Shown: piece by piece, positions 1 to 9,077 of the stretch
Layout: each line of letters opens with the position of its first letter
How positions within the stretch are numbered: the stretch's first letter is position 1
NCBI GenBank assembly: GCA_963674705.1
Contig: OY771506.1
Location: 224,001 to 288,000, forward strand
Direction of reading: 5' to 3'
Length of the DNA: 64,000 nucleotides
From: Phycisphaeraceae bacterium
GTDB taxonomy: Bacteria; Planctomycetota; Phycisphaerae; Phycisphaerales; Phycisphaeraceae
The notes under the pieces: generated by a model
Databases searched by the model: none
What the model was told of the DNA's origin: nothing
What the model saw: the letters and a program-made list of their open reading frames with translations, nothing else
Program-made: the position numbers and the translations under genes

Positions 1-416
1 ATAAAACCGGGCGCTGTCAGACCCACCGCCAGTGTCTGTGCAGAAAGTTGATCCTGCAACAGCTCTACCGCGGTATTCAGTGTCTCTGTCCGGTCCTGCG
101 TCACACGGGCAATTGGCTCACCCACTAACTTGCCCAACAGGTTCACACGGCCGATCTCGACACCACCGCGGTTCATCGCCAGCCCAAGCACGTGGCAGGA
201 CTCCGGATCGATCTCCAGAGGCACACGCGGTCGACCTCGGCCATGAGCCTGAACGATGCATTCCCGCAGGATCTGCCGATCCAGTAAAACAGCCGTTTCG
301 TTACCGATGGTGTTCAGCCGAATCCCCGTCAACTCATGCAGATCCGACCGACTCACCTGAGCGTGTCGGTAGACCATCCTGAGGATCGCACGTTGTCGGG
401 GGGCCAGCAAGACCAT
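1..416 (-). CDS. ROK-family (NagC/XylR-like) transcriptional regulator, 5' part; runs off the window start
   Basis: Not in the ORF track. Hand translation from ATG at 416: MVLLAPRQRAILRMVYRHAQVSRSDLHELTGIRLNTIGNETAVLLDRQILREC...GRGRPRVPLEIDPESCHVLGLAMNRGG...AVGLTAPGF. This shows an N-terminal wHTH, a GRGRP wing motif and the ROK 'G...PG' motif, with no stop before the window edge. Confidence 0.8.
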   Translation of the reverse strand, partial: MVLLAPRQRAILRMVYRHAQVSRSDLHELTGIRLNTIGNETAVLLDRQILRECIVQAHGRGRPRVPLEIDPESCHVLGLAMNRGGVEIGRVNLLGKLVGEPIARVTQDRTETLNTAVELLQDQLSAQTLAVGLTAPGF

Positions 417-615
417 CCGCAATATCTTTCCAATTAGATATTTATAGAAAAATTTGACCGAGGTTCGTACCGCTTGCTCGGTACCCGGTCTATTTAATTC
501 ATCTGATGATAATAAATCGGGGCAAGATGTCAAGCCCCAATTATTATGAAATTAATATGAGAATTCCCGAATACCGCTTATACCAACCCACTTGGTGCCT
601 TAGCGCCTGTTCGAA

Positions 616-2010
616 TCAGGCGTGGATCGCCCTGCCATCGACCGCCAGGGCGGCCTCTTTAACCGCCTCTGAGAGCGTCGGATGGGCGTGGCAGGTCCGG
701 TATATGTCCTCGGCAGTGGCGCCGTATTCCATAGCTGCGGCACATTCGGCAATCAAAGACCCGGCATCGGGGCCGATGATATGCACACCTAAAACTCGCT
801 CGGTCTTCTTGTCCGCCACGATCTTCACAAAACCGTCCGCCCCATCGATCGCGTGGGCCCGGCCATTACCTTTGAAGTAGAACATCCCCTTCTTGTATTC
901 GTGGGCCTCATCCTTAAGGTCGCTCTCCGATTTGCCCACGCAGGCGATCTCAGGATCGGTGAAGACCACGGCCGGGATGACCTTGTAGTTCACATGGCCG
1001 TGACCGTTGACGATCTTCTCTACACAAGCAATGCCCTCTTCCTCCGCCACGTGCGCGAGCATGGCCGTGGGAATGACATCTCCGATCGCGTAGATATTGC
1101 CAACGCTCGTGCGGTAATCATCGTCAACGATGATATACCCCTTGTCGTCACGCTCGATGCCAATTTCATCGACACCCAACCCCTCGGTAAAAGGGGCACG
1201 TCCGACAGCGACCAGTACCCGATCCGCCTTGACGGGTTCAGCGCCTTCACGTTCGATGGTCACGCTCTGCTTGTTCGCCTTGACACCTATTACACGACTC
1301 TTGAGTTCAAAGTTGAGTCCTTGTCGAGCCAGCATCTTATGCGCGTGTCTCGCAAGCTCCGCATCCATGCCGGGTAACACGCGGTCCAGGTATTCGAGCA
1401 CTGTGACCTTGCTGCCCAACCGACGCCAGACCGAGCCGATCTCCAATCCAATGTACCCCGCACCGATGACCGCTAAATGCTTAGGTGGCTTGTCATAACT
1501 GAGCGCATCGGTGTTGGTGTCGATCCGGTCCTTGCTGATATCCACATTGGGAAGCGTCGCGGGGCGTGAACCGGTCGCGATGATGAGGTTCTCGGCGACG
1601 ATCGTTTGCTGCTTGCCCGCTTCATCCGTGACGGTGACCGACTTGTCCTCATTGATCGAGCCAAGCCCCTGGTAGTGCGTGATCTTGTTTTTCTTGAATA
1701 AAGCCGCGATCCCGCCTGATAGTGTCTGTACAACTTTATCCTTACGGGCGAGCATCGCCGAAACATCCAGCGACACGTCCTTAACCTTGATGCCGTGGAC
1801 ACCGAGGTGCTTGCTGGTCTTTTCATAAAGGTGGCTTGATTCGAGCAGCGCTTTACTTGGGATACAACCAACGCGCAGGCATGTTCCGCCAAGCTGGCTG
1901 TTCTTGTCGACACAGGCAACATCGAGCCCAAGTTGAGCAGCGCGGATAGCCGCAACGTATCCACCGGGCCCGGCGCCGATGATAATCAGATCGTGAGTAG
2001 TAGTAGCCAT
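616..2010 (-). CDS. lpdA: Dihydrolipoamide dehydrogenase (E3)
   Basis: GAGPGG FAD motif, GGTCLRVGCIPSK redox disulfide, GAGYIG, C-terminal HPTLSE. Start moved to ATG 2010 (MATTTHDLIII) because the longer ORF only reads through the heptamer repeat. Confidence 0.97.
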   Translation of the reverse strand: MATTTHDLIIIGAGPGGYVAAIRAAQLGLDVACVDKNSQLGGTCLRVGCIPSKALLESSHLYEKTSKHLGVHGIKVKDVSLDVSAMLARKDKVVQTLSGGIAALFKKNKITHYQGLGSINEDKSVTVTDEAGKQQTIVAENLIIATGSRPATLPNVDISKDRIDTNTDALSYDKPPKHLAVIGAGYIGLEIGSVWRRLGSKVTVLEYLDRVLPGMDAELARHAHKMLARQGLNFELKSRVIGVKANKQSVTIEREGAEPVKADRVLVAVGRAPFTEGLGVDEIGIERDDKGYIIVDDDYRTSVGNIYAIGDVIPTAMLAHVAEEEGIACVEKIVNGHGHVNYKVIPAVVFTDPEIACVGKSESDLKDEAHEYKKGMFYFKGNGRAHAIDGADGFVKIVADKKTERVLGVHIIGPDAGSLIAECAAAMEYGATAEDIYRTCHAHPTLSEAVKEAALAVDGRAIHA

Positions 2011-2015
2011 AATAT

Positions 2016-2140
2016 TCGGGTATCGGGTATCGGGTATCGGGTATCGGGTATCGGGTATCGGGTATCGGGTATCGGGTATCGGGTATCGGATTCTATATCG
2101 TACCAACGCCGGTCCTGAGCAAAGCGAAGGGCCGGGCTTC
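2016..2140 (+). repeat. Composite repeat element, copy 1: (TCGGGTA)x10 at 2016-2085 plus conserved core TCGGATTCTATATCGTACCAACGCCGGTCCTGAGCAAAGCGAAGGGCCGGGCTTC
   Basis: Ten perfect heptamers read directly; the core is nearly identical to 3493-3547. Confidence 0.95.
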
Positions 2141-2143
2141 CGC

Positions 2144-2171
2144 GCTAATAGCTAAAGGCTAACGGCTTATC
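2144..2171 (+). repeat. Degenerate heptamer tract GCTAATA GCTAAAG GCTAACG GCTTATC
   Basis: Four 7-nt units beginning with GCT, next to the sucB stop codon. Confidence 0.6.
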
Positions 2172-2173
2172 AA

Positions 2174-3439
2174 TCACACTTCCATCAGCATCCGCGCGGG
2201 GTCTTCCAGCGCCTGTTTGATACGGACGAGGAAGCTGACCGCCTCGCGGCCGTCGACCAGCCGGTGGTCATACGTCAGCGCGACATACATCATAGGCCGC
2301 ACTTCGATCATTTCTTTTCCATCCTTCGTTACCGCCACGGGTCGGCGTTGGATCGCGTGCATGCCAAGCACCGCGGATTGTGGTGGGTTTACGATCGGCG
2401 TGGAAAGCAACGAACCGAAGATCCCGCCGTTGGTGATCGTGAACGTACCGCCCTGCAAATCTTCCAGCGACAACTTGTTGTCCTTGATCTTCTGGCCGAA
2501 GCCGGCGATCGCCTTTTCGACCTCGGCAAAACTCATCCGCCCAGCATTACGCAAGACAGGAACCACCAGCCCCTTGCCCGTACCGACCGCGATACCGATG
2601 TCATAGTGATCTTTGTAGATGATGTCAGTGCCGCGGATTTCAGCATTCACCGCGGGGAACTGTTTAAGTGCATCAATACTCGCCTTGGTAAAGAAAGACA
2701 TGAAACCGAGCTTGATGTCGTACTTCTTCTGGAAGGCATCTTTGTACTGATTACGCAGCTCCATGACTGCCGTCATATCGACTTCATTGAATGTCGTCAG
2801 CAGCGCAGCGGTCTGCTGCGCCTGGATAAGCCGTTCCGCGATACGTTTACGCATCGGCGTCATTGGCACGGCTTCTTCGTCCGGACCGACAACCGATTCA
2901 TTCACAGATTCTTGTGACGGCGTATTGATCGCCGGCGCACTCGGCGCCGCCTTAGGTTGACTATCGAGGTAGGCTTTAACGTCTTCTTTCAGTAACCTGC
3001 CACCGGGCCCGGTCGGACGGATCTTGCTTGCATCTAAGCCGTGCTCATCGATTAGCCGCTTGGCGGCGGGCATGATCAAAGAAAGATCCGCCTTGGCTTG
3101 CGGCTTCTTGTCCTTCTTGGATGCCGGCTTCGATTCAGTTTCAGTCTTAGCTTCCGGCTCAGGCTTCGGCGCGGGTTTGCTTTCAGCTTCTGCCGCCCCT
3201 TCGCCCGCTTCCATGTAGCCGATCGTCTCGCCGACTACTGCCTCGTCGCCCTGCTTCTTGAGCAACTCACCGATCGTCCCATCAGCGGGAGCAGGCAGTT
3301 CGAGCGTGACCTTGTCGGTCTCGATCTCGACGATGGGATCGTCCTTGCTGACACGTTCGCCGGTCTTTTTAAGCCAACGGCCGATCGCGACTTCGGTGAT
3401 GGATTCGCCGACCTCAGGCACTATCAATTCAACGGGCAT
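2174..3439 (-). CDS. sucB: 2-oxoglutarate dehydrogenase E2 (dihydrolipoyl succinyltransferase)
   Basis: Lipoyl domain (VPEVGESITE, ETDKV), E3-binding domain (PTGPGGRLLKEDV), catalytic TYDHRLVDGREAV. Confidence 0.97.
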   Translation of the reverse strand: MPVELIVPEVGESITEVAIGRWLKKTGERVSKDDPIVEIETDKVTLELPAPADGTIGELLKKQGDEAVVGETIGYMEAGEGAAEAESKPAPKPEPEAKTETESKPASKKDKKPQAKADLSLIMPAAKRLIDEHGLDASKIRPTGPGGRLLKEDVKAYLDSQPKAAPSAPAINTPSQESVNESVVGPDEEAVPMTPMRKRIAERLIQAQQTAALLTTFNEVDMTAVMELRNQYKDAFQKKYDIKLGFMSFFTKASIDALKQFPAVNAEIRGTDIIYKDHYDIGIAVGTGKGLVVPVLRNAGRMSFAEVEKAIAGFGQKIKDNKLSLEDLQGGTFTITNGGIFGSLLSTPIVNPPQSAVLGMHAIQRRPVAVTKDGKEMIEVRPMMYVALTYDHRLVDGREAVSFLVRIKQALEDPARMLMEV

Positions 3440-3450
3440 GGTTATCTATC

Positions 3451-3547
3451 TCGGGTATCGGGTATCGGGTATCGGGTATCGGGTATCGGGTATCGGATTC
3501 TATATCGTACCAACGCCGGTCCTGAGCGAAGCGAAGGTCCAGGCTTC
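3451..3547 (+). repeat. Composite repeat element, copy 2: (TCGGGTA)x6 at 3451-3492 plus the conserved core
   Basis: Six perfect heptamers, then TCGGATTCTATATCGTACCAACGCCGGTCCTGAGCGAAGCGAAGGTCCAGGCTTC. Confidence 0.95.
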
Positions 3548-3561
3548 TTCCATAGATTTAA

Positions 3562-6432
3562 CTATTCGTCTTCCTCTACCGGCTTCGGACCGATTGCTTC
3601 GGTCAGTATCTGTTCCTGCTCAATCAGGTGCGCGGCTCGCGAACCGGTCGCGGGGCTGGCGGATTCCGCACGGGCGATCCCCTTGAGCGTGAACCGACCA
3701 AGGAATTCGGGACAGAACCGCATTCGCAGGAACGGCCAAGCGCCCTGGTTACGTGGTTCCTCTTGAACCCAGAACACCTCGGCATCGCTGTCATACTCAG
3801 CCAGCACTCGCTCAAGCTGATCATGCGGGAACGGGTAAAGCTGCTCCACACGGATGATCGCCACATCATCGCGGTGGATCACTTCTCGACGTTCGATCAG
3901 GTCGTAATACACCTTGCCGGAGCACAGCAACACCCGCGTGATTTTCCTGCCTTCGCCGGCGTGGCTGTCAGGTAAAACGCGCTCGAAACCGCCGGAGGCC
4001 AACTCTTCCAACTCCGACACCGCGCCGGGGTGGCGCAACAAACTCTTAGGCGACATCACAATCAACGGCTTAAGCCACTTGCGCATCACCTGACGCCGCA
4101 ACAGATGAAAGTATTGTGCAGGCGTCGTCGGGTTCACAACCTGGATATTGTCTTCGGCAGAAAGCATCAGGAACCGCTCGAGCCGTGCAGAAGAGTGTTC
4201 GGGCCCCATCCCTTCAAAGCCGTGCGGCAACAGCATGACCAGGCCTGACAAACGATTCCATTTATCTTCCGCACTTGTGATGAACTGGTCGATGATTGGT
4301 TGGGCAACGTTCGCGAAGTCGCCAAACTGCGCTTCCCAGATCGTCAACCCGTCGGGCGTGTCAAGGCTATAGCCGTATTCAAAACCCAGCACACTGTTCT
4401 CTGAAAGCGGGCTATTGTAGATCTCGATGGATGCTTGCTTGGAGTCGAGGTTCGCCAGCGGGATGTAGTCGTGCCCATCGTCTGCATCATGCAGAACCGT
4501 ATGGCGCTGGCTGAACGTGCCGCGCTGAGCGTCCTGGCCAGACATACGCACCCGCACGTCGTCCGTTAATAGTGAAGCCAATGCAAGCGCTTCCGCGGCC
4601 GCCCAGTCCAGACGGCGTGAACCCTCCGCCATCTCCCGACGCGCCGCGATCCAACGCTTGAGCTTCGGATGCAGTTTGAAGTCATCCGGCGTGTGCGTCT
4701 GCGATTCAAGCAGCCTTGAAAGACGGTCGACAGGCACGGTCGTGTCAGGATCACGTGATGGATCTTCCGGCCCACCCTCAAAGCCCTTCCATACCCCGCC
4801 GAACGCTTCCTTCTGAGGCACGTAAGATTCACTACGCGCCGAGATCAGTTCTTTTTCCAGCAGCTCGGTACGACGCAATGCAATACGGTCAGCATCATGC
4901 TCGCTGACGCCGCCGAGTTTCATCAGGTGCCCCAGGTACGATTCTCGTACGCCCTTGTGTTCGCGGATCGCCTTGTACATCTTGGGCTGCGTGTAACTGG
5001 GCTCGTCGCTCTCATTGTGCCCGCGTTTGCGGAAACAGTACATATCGATCACAACGTCCCGGTCGAACTTCTGACGGAAGTCCATCGCCAGATCGACCAC
5101 CTGGGCCACTGCTTCAGGCTGCTCGCCGTTAACGTGGAAGATCGGTATCTGCAGCATCTTTGCGATGTCGGTGCAGTAGGTGCTCGTTCGCGCACTGACG
5201 ATGCCTGTCGTGAAGCCGATCTGGTTGTTGATGACGATGTGCAAAGCCCCACCGGTCTTGTACCCGCGCAGGCCGGACATATTCAGCGTTTCCTGCACGA
5301 CGCCTTCACCGATGAACGCGGCGTCACCATGAATCAGAATGGCAAGCCCCTTATCACCTCGCCGCAGGTCCTTGCCGCGTTTTTCAAAGAGTCGATCCTG
5401 CTTGGCACGGAGCCGACCCAGTACAACGGGATTCACAAACTCAAGGTGGCTGGGATTGAAACAGAGCGACAGGTGAATGCTTTGTCCGCCGCGCGTGCGC
5501 CAATCGCCCGATTCACCCAAGTGATATTTAACGTCACCACCGCCTAGATAAAGCTGTGGATCGGCATCCTCAAACTCGCGGAAAATCCTGGCCGGGCTCT
5601 TACCGATGATGTTAGCAAGCACGTTCAGTCGGCCGCGGTGGGCCATGCCGATAACCGCTTCCTCGATCCCATGCCCCCCTGCTTTTTCAAGCGCCAGGTC
5701 CAGCAGCGGGATCAGGCTCTCAGCCCCTTCCAGGCTGAAGCTCTTGGCGCCGATGAACTTCTTCTGGATGAACTCTTCGAAGATCGTCGCGTCGGTCAGG
5801 CGGGTCAGGATACGCACCTGCTGCTTCCGGCTTAGCTCGATCCGGTTCTCCGTGCTCTCCATCCGCTCCTGAAGCCATTCACGGATTTCGATGTCATCAA
5901 TGTGCATGAACTGCGCGCCGATGTGGCGGCAGTAGGTGTTGTGCAGATGGGCGATGATCGTGCGTAACGACCGCGCGGTCGGCGGGCCCGTGATTGAGCT
6001 GGTGAGGAACGGCGTATCCATGTCGGCATCGGTGAAGCCGAAGTACGCCGGGTCAAGCTCGATCAATTGCTCGCGTGTTTGGCCAAGTGGATCAAACGCA
6101 GCAGCCCGGTGCCCCCTGACGCGATACAAACGAACCAGCTTGCCGACTTGGTGCTGCAGCCGTTGCAGGTCGAGCTGGCTTCGGGTGTCACCGCCTGTCG
6201 CTAACGATCCACCCGCCGGATTAAAAAGACTGCGAGGTGTGAATGTCGGTCTGATCGTCTTGGTATCGCTGATAGCAACATCACTTTGGGTATGACCATT
6301 TGAGCCGGCCCAGCGTTTGAAGTGCTCCCGCCAGCTTTCATCCAGCGCGTCAGGATTGCGCAGGTATAGCTCGTAGAGCTCCTCCACATAAGCCAGGTTC
6401 GAGCTGTCGGGCCAGGTTGATTGGCTATCCAT
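3562..6432 (-). CDS. sucA: 2-oxoglutarate dehydrogenase E1
   Basis: GMAHRGRLN, GDVKYHLG, NPSHLE, HGDAAF TPP motif, WEAQFGDF, GPEHSSARLERFL. Start taken as ATG 6432 (MDSQSTW...NLAYVEELYE). Confidence 0.97.
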   Translation of the reverse strand: MDSQSTWPDSSNLAYVEELYELYLRNPDALDESWREHFKRWAGSNGHTQSDVAISDTKTIRPTFTPRSLFNPAGGSLATGGDTRSQLDLQRLQHQVGKLVRLYRVRGHRAAAFDPLGQTREQLIELDPAYFGFTDADMDTPFLTSSITGPPTARSLRTIIAHLHNTYCRHIGAQFMHIDDIEIREWLQERMESTENRIELSRKQQVRILTRLTDATIFEEFIQKKFIGAKSFSLEGAESLIPLLDLALEKAGGHGIEEAVIGMAHRGRLNVLANIIGKSPARIFREFEDADPQLYLGGGDVKYHLGESGDWRTRGGQSIHLSLCFNPSHLEFVNPVVLGRLRAKQDRLFEKRGKDLRRGDKGLAILIHGDAAFIGEGVVQETLNMSGLRGYKTGGALHIVINNQIGFTTGIVSARTSTYCTDIAKMLQIPIFHVNGEQPEAVAQVVDLAMDFRQKFDRDVVIDMYCFRKRGHNESDEPSYTQPKMYKAIREHKGVRESYLGHLMKLGGVSEHDADRIALRRTELLEKELISARSESYVPQKEAFGGVWKGFEGGPEDPSRDPDTTVPVDRLSRLLESQTHTPDDFKLHPKLKRWIAARREMAEGSRRLDWAAAEALALASLLTDDVRVRMSGQDAQRGTFSQRHTVLHDADDGHDYIPLANLDSKQASIEIYNSPLSENSVLGFEYGYSLDTPDGLTIWEAQFGDFANVAQPIIDQFITSAEDKWNRLSGLVMLLPHGFEGMGPEHSSARLERFLMLSAEDNIQVVNPTTPAQYFHLLRRQVMRKWLKPLIVMSPKSLLRHPGAVSELEELASGGFERVLPDSHAGEGRKITRVLLCSGKVYYDLIERREVIHRDDVAIIRVEQLYPFPHDQLERVLAEYDSDAEVFWVQEEPRNQGAWPFLRMRFCPEFLGRFTLKGIARAESASPATGSRAAHLIEQEQILTEAIGPKPVEEDE

Positions 6433-6584
6433 ATCTCGCCGTAACCTCTTGGGTGATGTATTAATAACAAGCTGCGGCGAAAAAGAAAGTGCCGCCCCTT
6501 GGAAGATAATAAAAGTCTGACGAGTGTACGATGGCTGTCTGTATTTATTAGCGTTATGATTCAATTTTAAGATAATTTGATCTG

Positions 6585-8207
6585 TTGAATAACACGCCCC
6601 TTCAATCCGACACATTACTCGCCTGGGTGGATCGCCGCAGGTGGTGGTTATGGCTTTTCATTGCATTGGTTCTGCTGGCTGGATTTAACGGCCAGTGGCG
6701 CATCGGCCCCGACTCCGCCGTCCATGTCGAAGTCGCACGCAACCTCGCGGAAGGCTCGGGCTTCACCCACCCCACCGGCTTGGAAAGCACCATCCGGCCG
6801 GGGCTGGCCTGGCTCACAGCCGCGACGTTCCGCCTCTTCGGAATCGATCACTTCATCGCAATCGATCTGCTGGTGCTGCTTAGTATGGCAACCGTGCTTG
6901 TGCTGACATACTGGACGATTCAAGTGCGCTTTGATCGCCCTACCGCTGTCATCGTCGTCTGCATGCTTGCGTTGAACGAAACGTTTTACCGCTACGGCTA
7001 TCAAGTCCTGACAGACATGCCATTCCTGTTGGGCCTGATGCTTTTGCTGCTTGGGCTTGAACTACTTCAACGCGGCAGCAAACAGCGGCTGTTTGCACTA
7101 GTCGCGATAACGGTAGCTGTTCTAATCATGGTGTTTTTCCGAAGCGTGGTCATCATCGTGGCTGTCGCGGGTTTGCTTGCTGCGCTCTATCACATCTTGA
7201 AAGTAAGTGATGCCAAGACCCGGACTCGTTACATCACTTTCGCCGGCCTGTTTGCGATCGGATTGTTGATAATCACCTGGTTGATCGGCGGCGCATCACT
7301 TGTACGTGACGGCGGCAAAGCGATTAGCCTGATCGATAACAACCTAGGCGACACCTTCACGCGCATCCTCACCGATAACGGCCCGTCATTGATCGGTGAA
7401 CATTTATCCGAATCAATGCTCGGCTTCGACCCCGGATTATGGCTGGGTTTGCCACTAGGAATCCTCATCCTTGTTATGGGTATCTCTCTGTTCAGGTACC
7501 GACCGATATGGGGTTTGCTGGTCGGCGTCTTCGTGATGCAATGGTTGCTGCTGATCACAACTGAAAGGTATCTGCTGGTTATCATGCCGCTGCTGGCGCT
7601 GAGCTGGTGGCTGCTATTGCGCTGGTGCGATGCCCACATCAAACAACCGGTTCATGCGCGTTGGGCGGTAGCCGGCCTGCTGATCCTATGGTTCGTGCCG
7701 AATCTCGCGGAAATGAGTGTGTTTATCGCTGAACAACGGGCGCGCCCCTTTATTCAACATTACCAGGACGGCAGGTACCTGTCGGTTCAAGCCGTTGCCG
7801 ACGAACTTAAGCAGGTTGCAGAAGACGGAGACTTCATCATCGCAGACAACGCCCCTCAACTCACCTACTACTCGCAGCTGCCTGTCTACGGTCAGGCCAG
7901 TCTCCCGACCTACGGCTCGGAACGCGACACCACTGCAGAAGTACTACGCCAAGCAGATCGTATCCTGCTGGTCGAACCAACCAGCGAGAAGCTGAGCCTA
8001 CGCATCGAACAACTGAAGATGCAAAAGCTGGATGTGATCCGTGATGTGCCTCCCGCGGATATGCAAGATGCCCCGGCGTATCAGATCACTGAGATGCGGG
8101 CGCGCAACGTCAACTGGGAAAATTATCACAAGCGGTTGCAGAAGCGGTTAGATCGTTCCCGGGCCACGGAACAGGGAGACAGCGAGTCCGAAGAGCAAAC
8201 CCGATAG
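6585..8207 (+). CDS. GT-C fold (ArnT/PMT-like) polytopic membrane glycosyltransferase
   Basis: Many hydrophobic segments; first loop PDSAVHVEVARNLAEGSG...RPG; LTDMPF; ERYLL near the last TMs; soluble C-terminal domain. Start codon uncertain. Confidence 0.7.
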   Translation: MNNTPLQSDTLLAWVDRRRWWLWLFIALVLLAGFNGQWRIGPDSAVHVEVARNLAEGSGFTHPTGLESTIRPGLAWLTAATFRLFGIDHFIAIDLLVLLSMATVLVLTYWTIQVRFDRPTAVIVVCMLALNETFYRYGYQVLTDMPFLLGLMLLLLGLELLQRGSKQRLFALVAITVAVLIMVFFRSVVIIVAVAGLLAALYHILKVSDAKTRTRYITFAGLFAIGLLIITWLIGGASLVRDGGKAISLIDNNLGDTFTRILTDNGPSLIGEHLSESMLGFDPGLWLGLPLGILILVMGISLFRYRPIWGLLVGVFVMQWLLLITTERYLLVIMPLLALSWWLLLRWCDAHIKQPVHARWAVAGLLILWFVPNLAEMSVFIAEQRARPFIQHYQDGRYLSVQAVADELKQVAEDGDFIIADNAPQLTYYSQLPVYGQASLPTYGSERDTTAEVLRQADRILLVEPTSEKLSLRIEQLKMQKLDVIRDVPPADMQDAPAYQITEMRARNVNWENYHKRLQKRLDRSRATEQGDSESEEQTR

Positions 8208-9065
8208 CGCGAAGAGGCCGGAGACAAGACCAATATCAGCATTGATTGGTTTGGCCGGTGGTGCCGCATAGCTGACGATACGTACAATCTGCTCGCTGTC
8301 ATCGCGTCTGACTTCAAAATCCGCATACCTTTTGTTTAGCGCATCCAACAAAAGCTTAGCCTGATCGAGTTCATTTTCTTTTTCCAAGCGTAACACATCA
8401 GACACATCATCGGGTAACGCTTTGACGACAGCTTCTGCGGCAAGCAAAGATGCTTTGGCCTGCTCAATCCTCACCATAGTTTGTTCAAGCTCTTCCTCGG
8501 TCGTGCCGTACGCTTTAACCAGCATGTCCCGGCAGATCTCCGCCCAGGTATTTGCAATCCGGGCCGCCTTCTTCGGGTCCTGATCCACCGCCCGAAGTGA
8601 CGCCAGTTCCCGACTCAACTGGTCGTAATAAATGATCCCCGCCAGGTCACCTCGAACTTCCTGATCTTGTATTTTTTTATCCTCAGCCTCTTGCACCAGT
8701 TTGCTCAACTGTTCTGTATCCGGCCAATCAGGATCGGGCCGACCCGCCAACCTGGCTTCCAGAATCTGGATCACTGCATCCGACTGGCAAACCGTCCCCA
8801 CCGTCCGACGCACCGGCGGAATCAGTTCCACCTCCATCGGCGTGTCATCCGAACCAATACGCAAGACCTGGATGTTGACCAGCAACACCGTCTCGGCACG
8901 ATACACCGGCGGGCTCATCAGGCTCCAGCCTGCCCCCACGATCAGACCGATCAGCGTAAACAGCAAAACAACACGCCCGTGACGGCGTATCGCCTTACCG
9001 AGGTAACGCAACTCAAATGTGTCTACAAAAACCGGTTGTGTGGAGCCTGGACTACTCTGGGACAT
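8148..9065 (-). CDS. Wzz-like polysaccharide co-polymerase / chain-length determinant
   Basis: N-terminal TM followed by PVYRAETVLLV, a coiled-coil middle, then the proline-rich IVSYAAPPAKP motif and a glycine-rich C-terminal TM. Confidence 0.75.
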   Translation of the reverse strand: MSQSSPGSTQPVFVDTFELRYLGKAIRRHGRVVLLFTLIGLIVGAGWSLMSPPVYRAETVLLVNIQVLRIGSDDTPMEVELIPPVRRTVGTVCQSDAVIQILEARLAGRPDPDWPDTEQLSKLVQEAEDKKIQDQEVRGDLAGIIYYDQLSRELASLRAVDQDPKKAARIANTWAEICRDMLVKAYGTTEEELEQTMVRIEQAKASLLAAEAVVKALPDDVSDVLRLEKENELDQAKLLLDALNKRYADFEVRRDDSEQIVRIVSYAAPPAKPINADIGLVSGLFALSGLLFGLAVSLFRGPGTI

Positions 9066-9077
9066 CTGAACATCATA

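Noticed and set aside
32..880. Plus-strand ORFs 32-382 and 506-880
   Set aside because: They are antisense shadows of the ROK regulator and lpdA.
2011..2106. N-terminal (YPIPDTR)n extension of LpdA, and GIGYRVS-repeat ORFs at 1933, 3098, 3258 and 13567-13984
   Set aside because: These are translations of the heptamer DNA repeat; LpdA homology starts at ATG 2010.
6433..6615. 61-aa N-terminal extension of SucA
   Set aside because: It runs through an AT-rich divergent promoter region and overlaps the next gene; homology begins at 6432.
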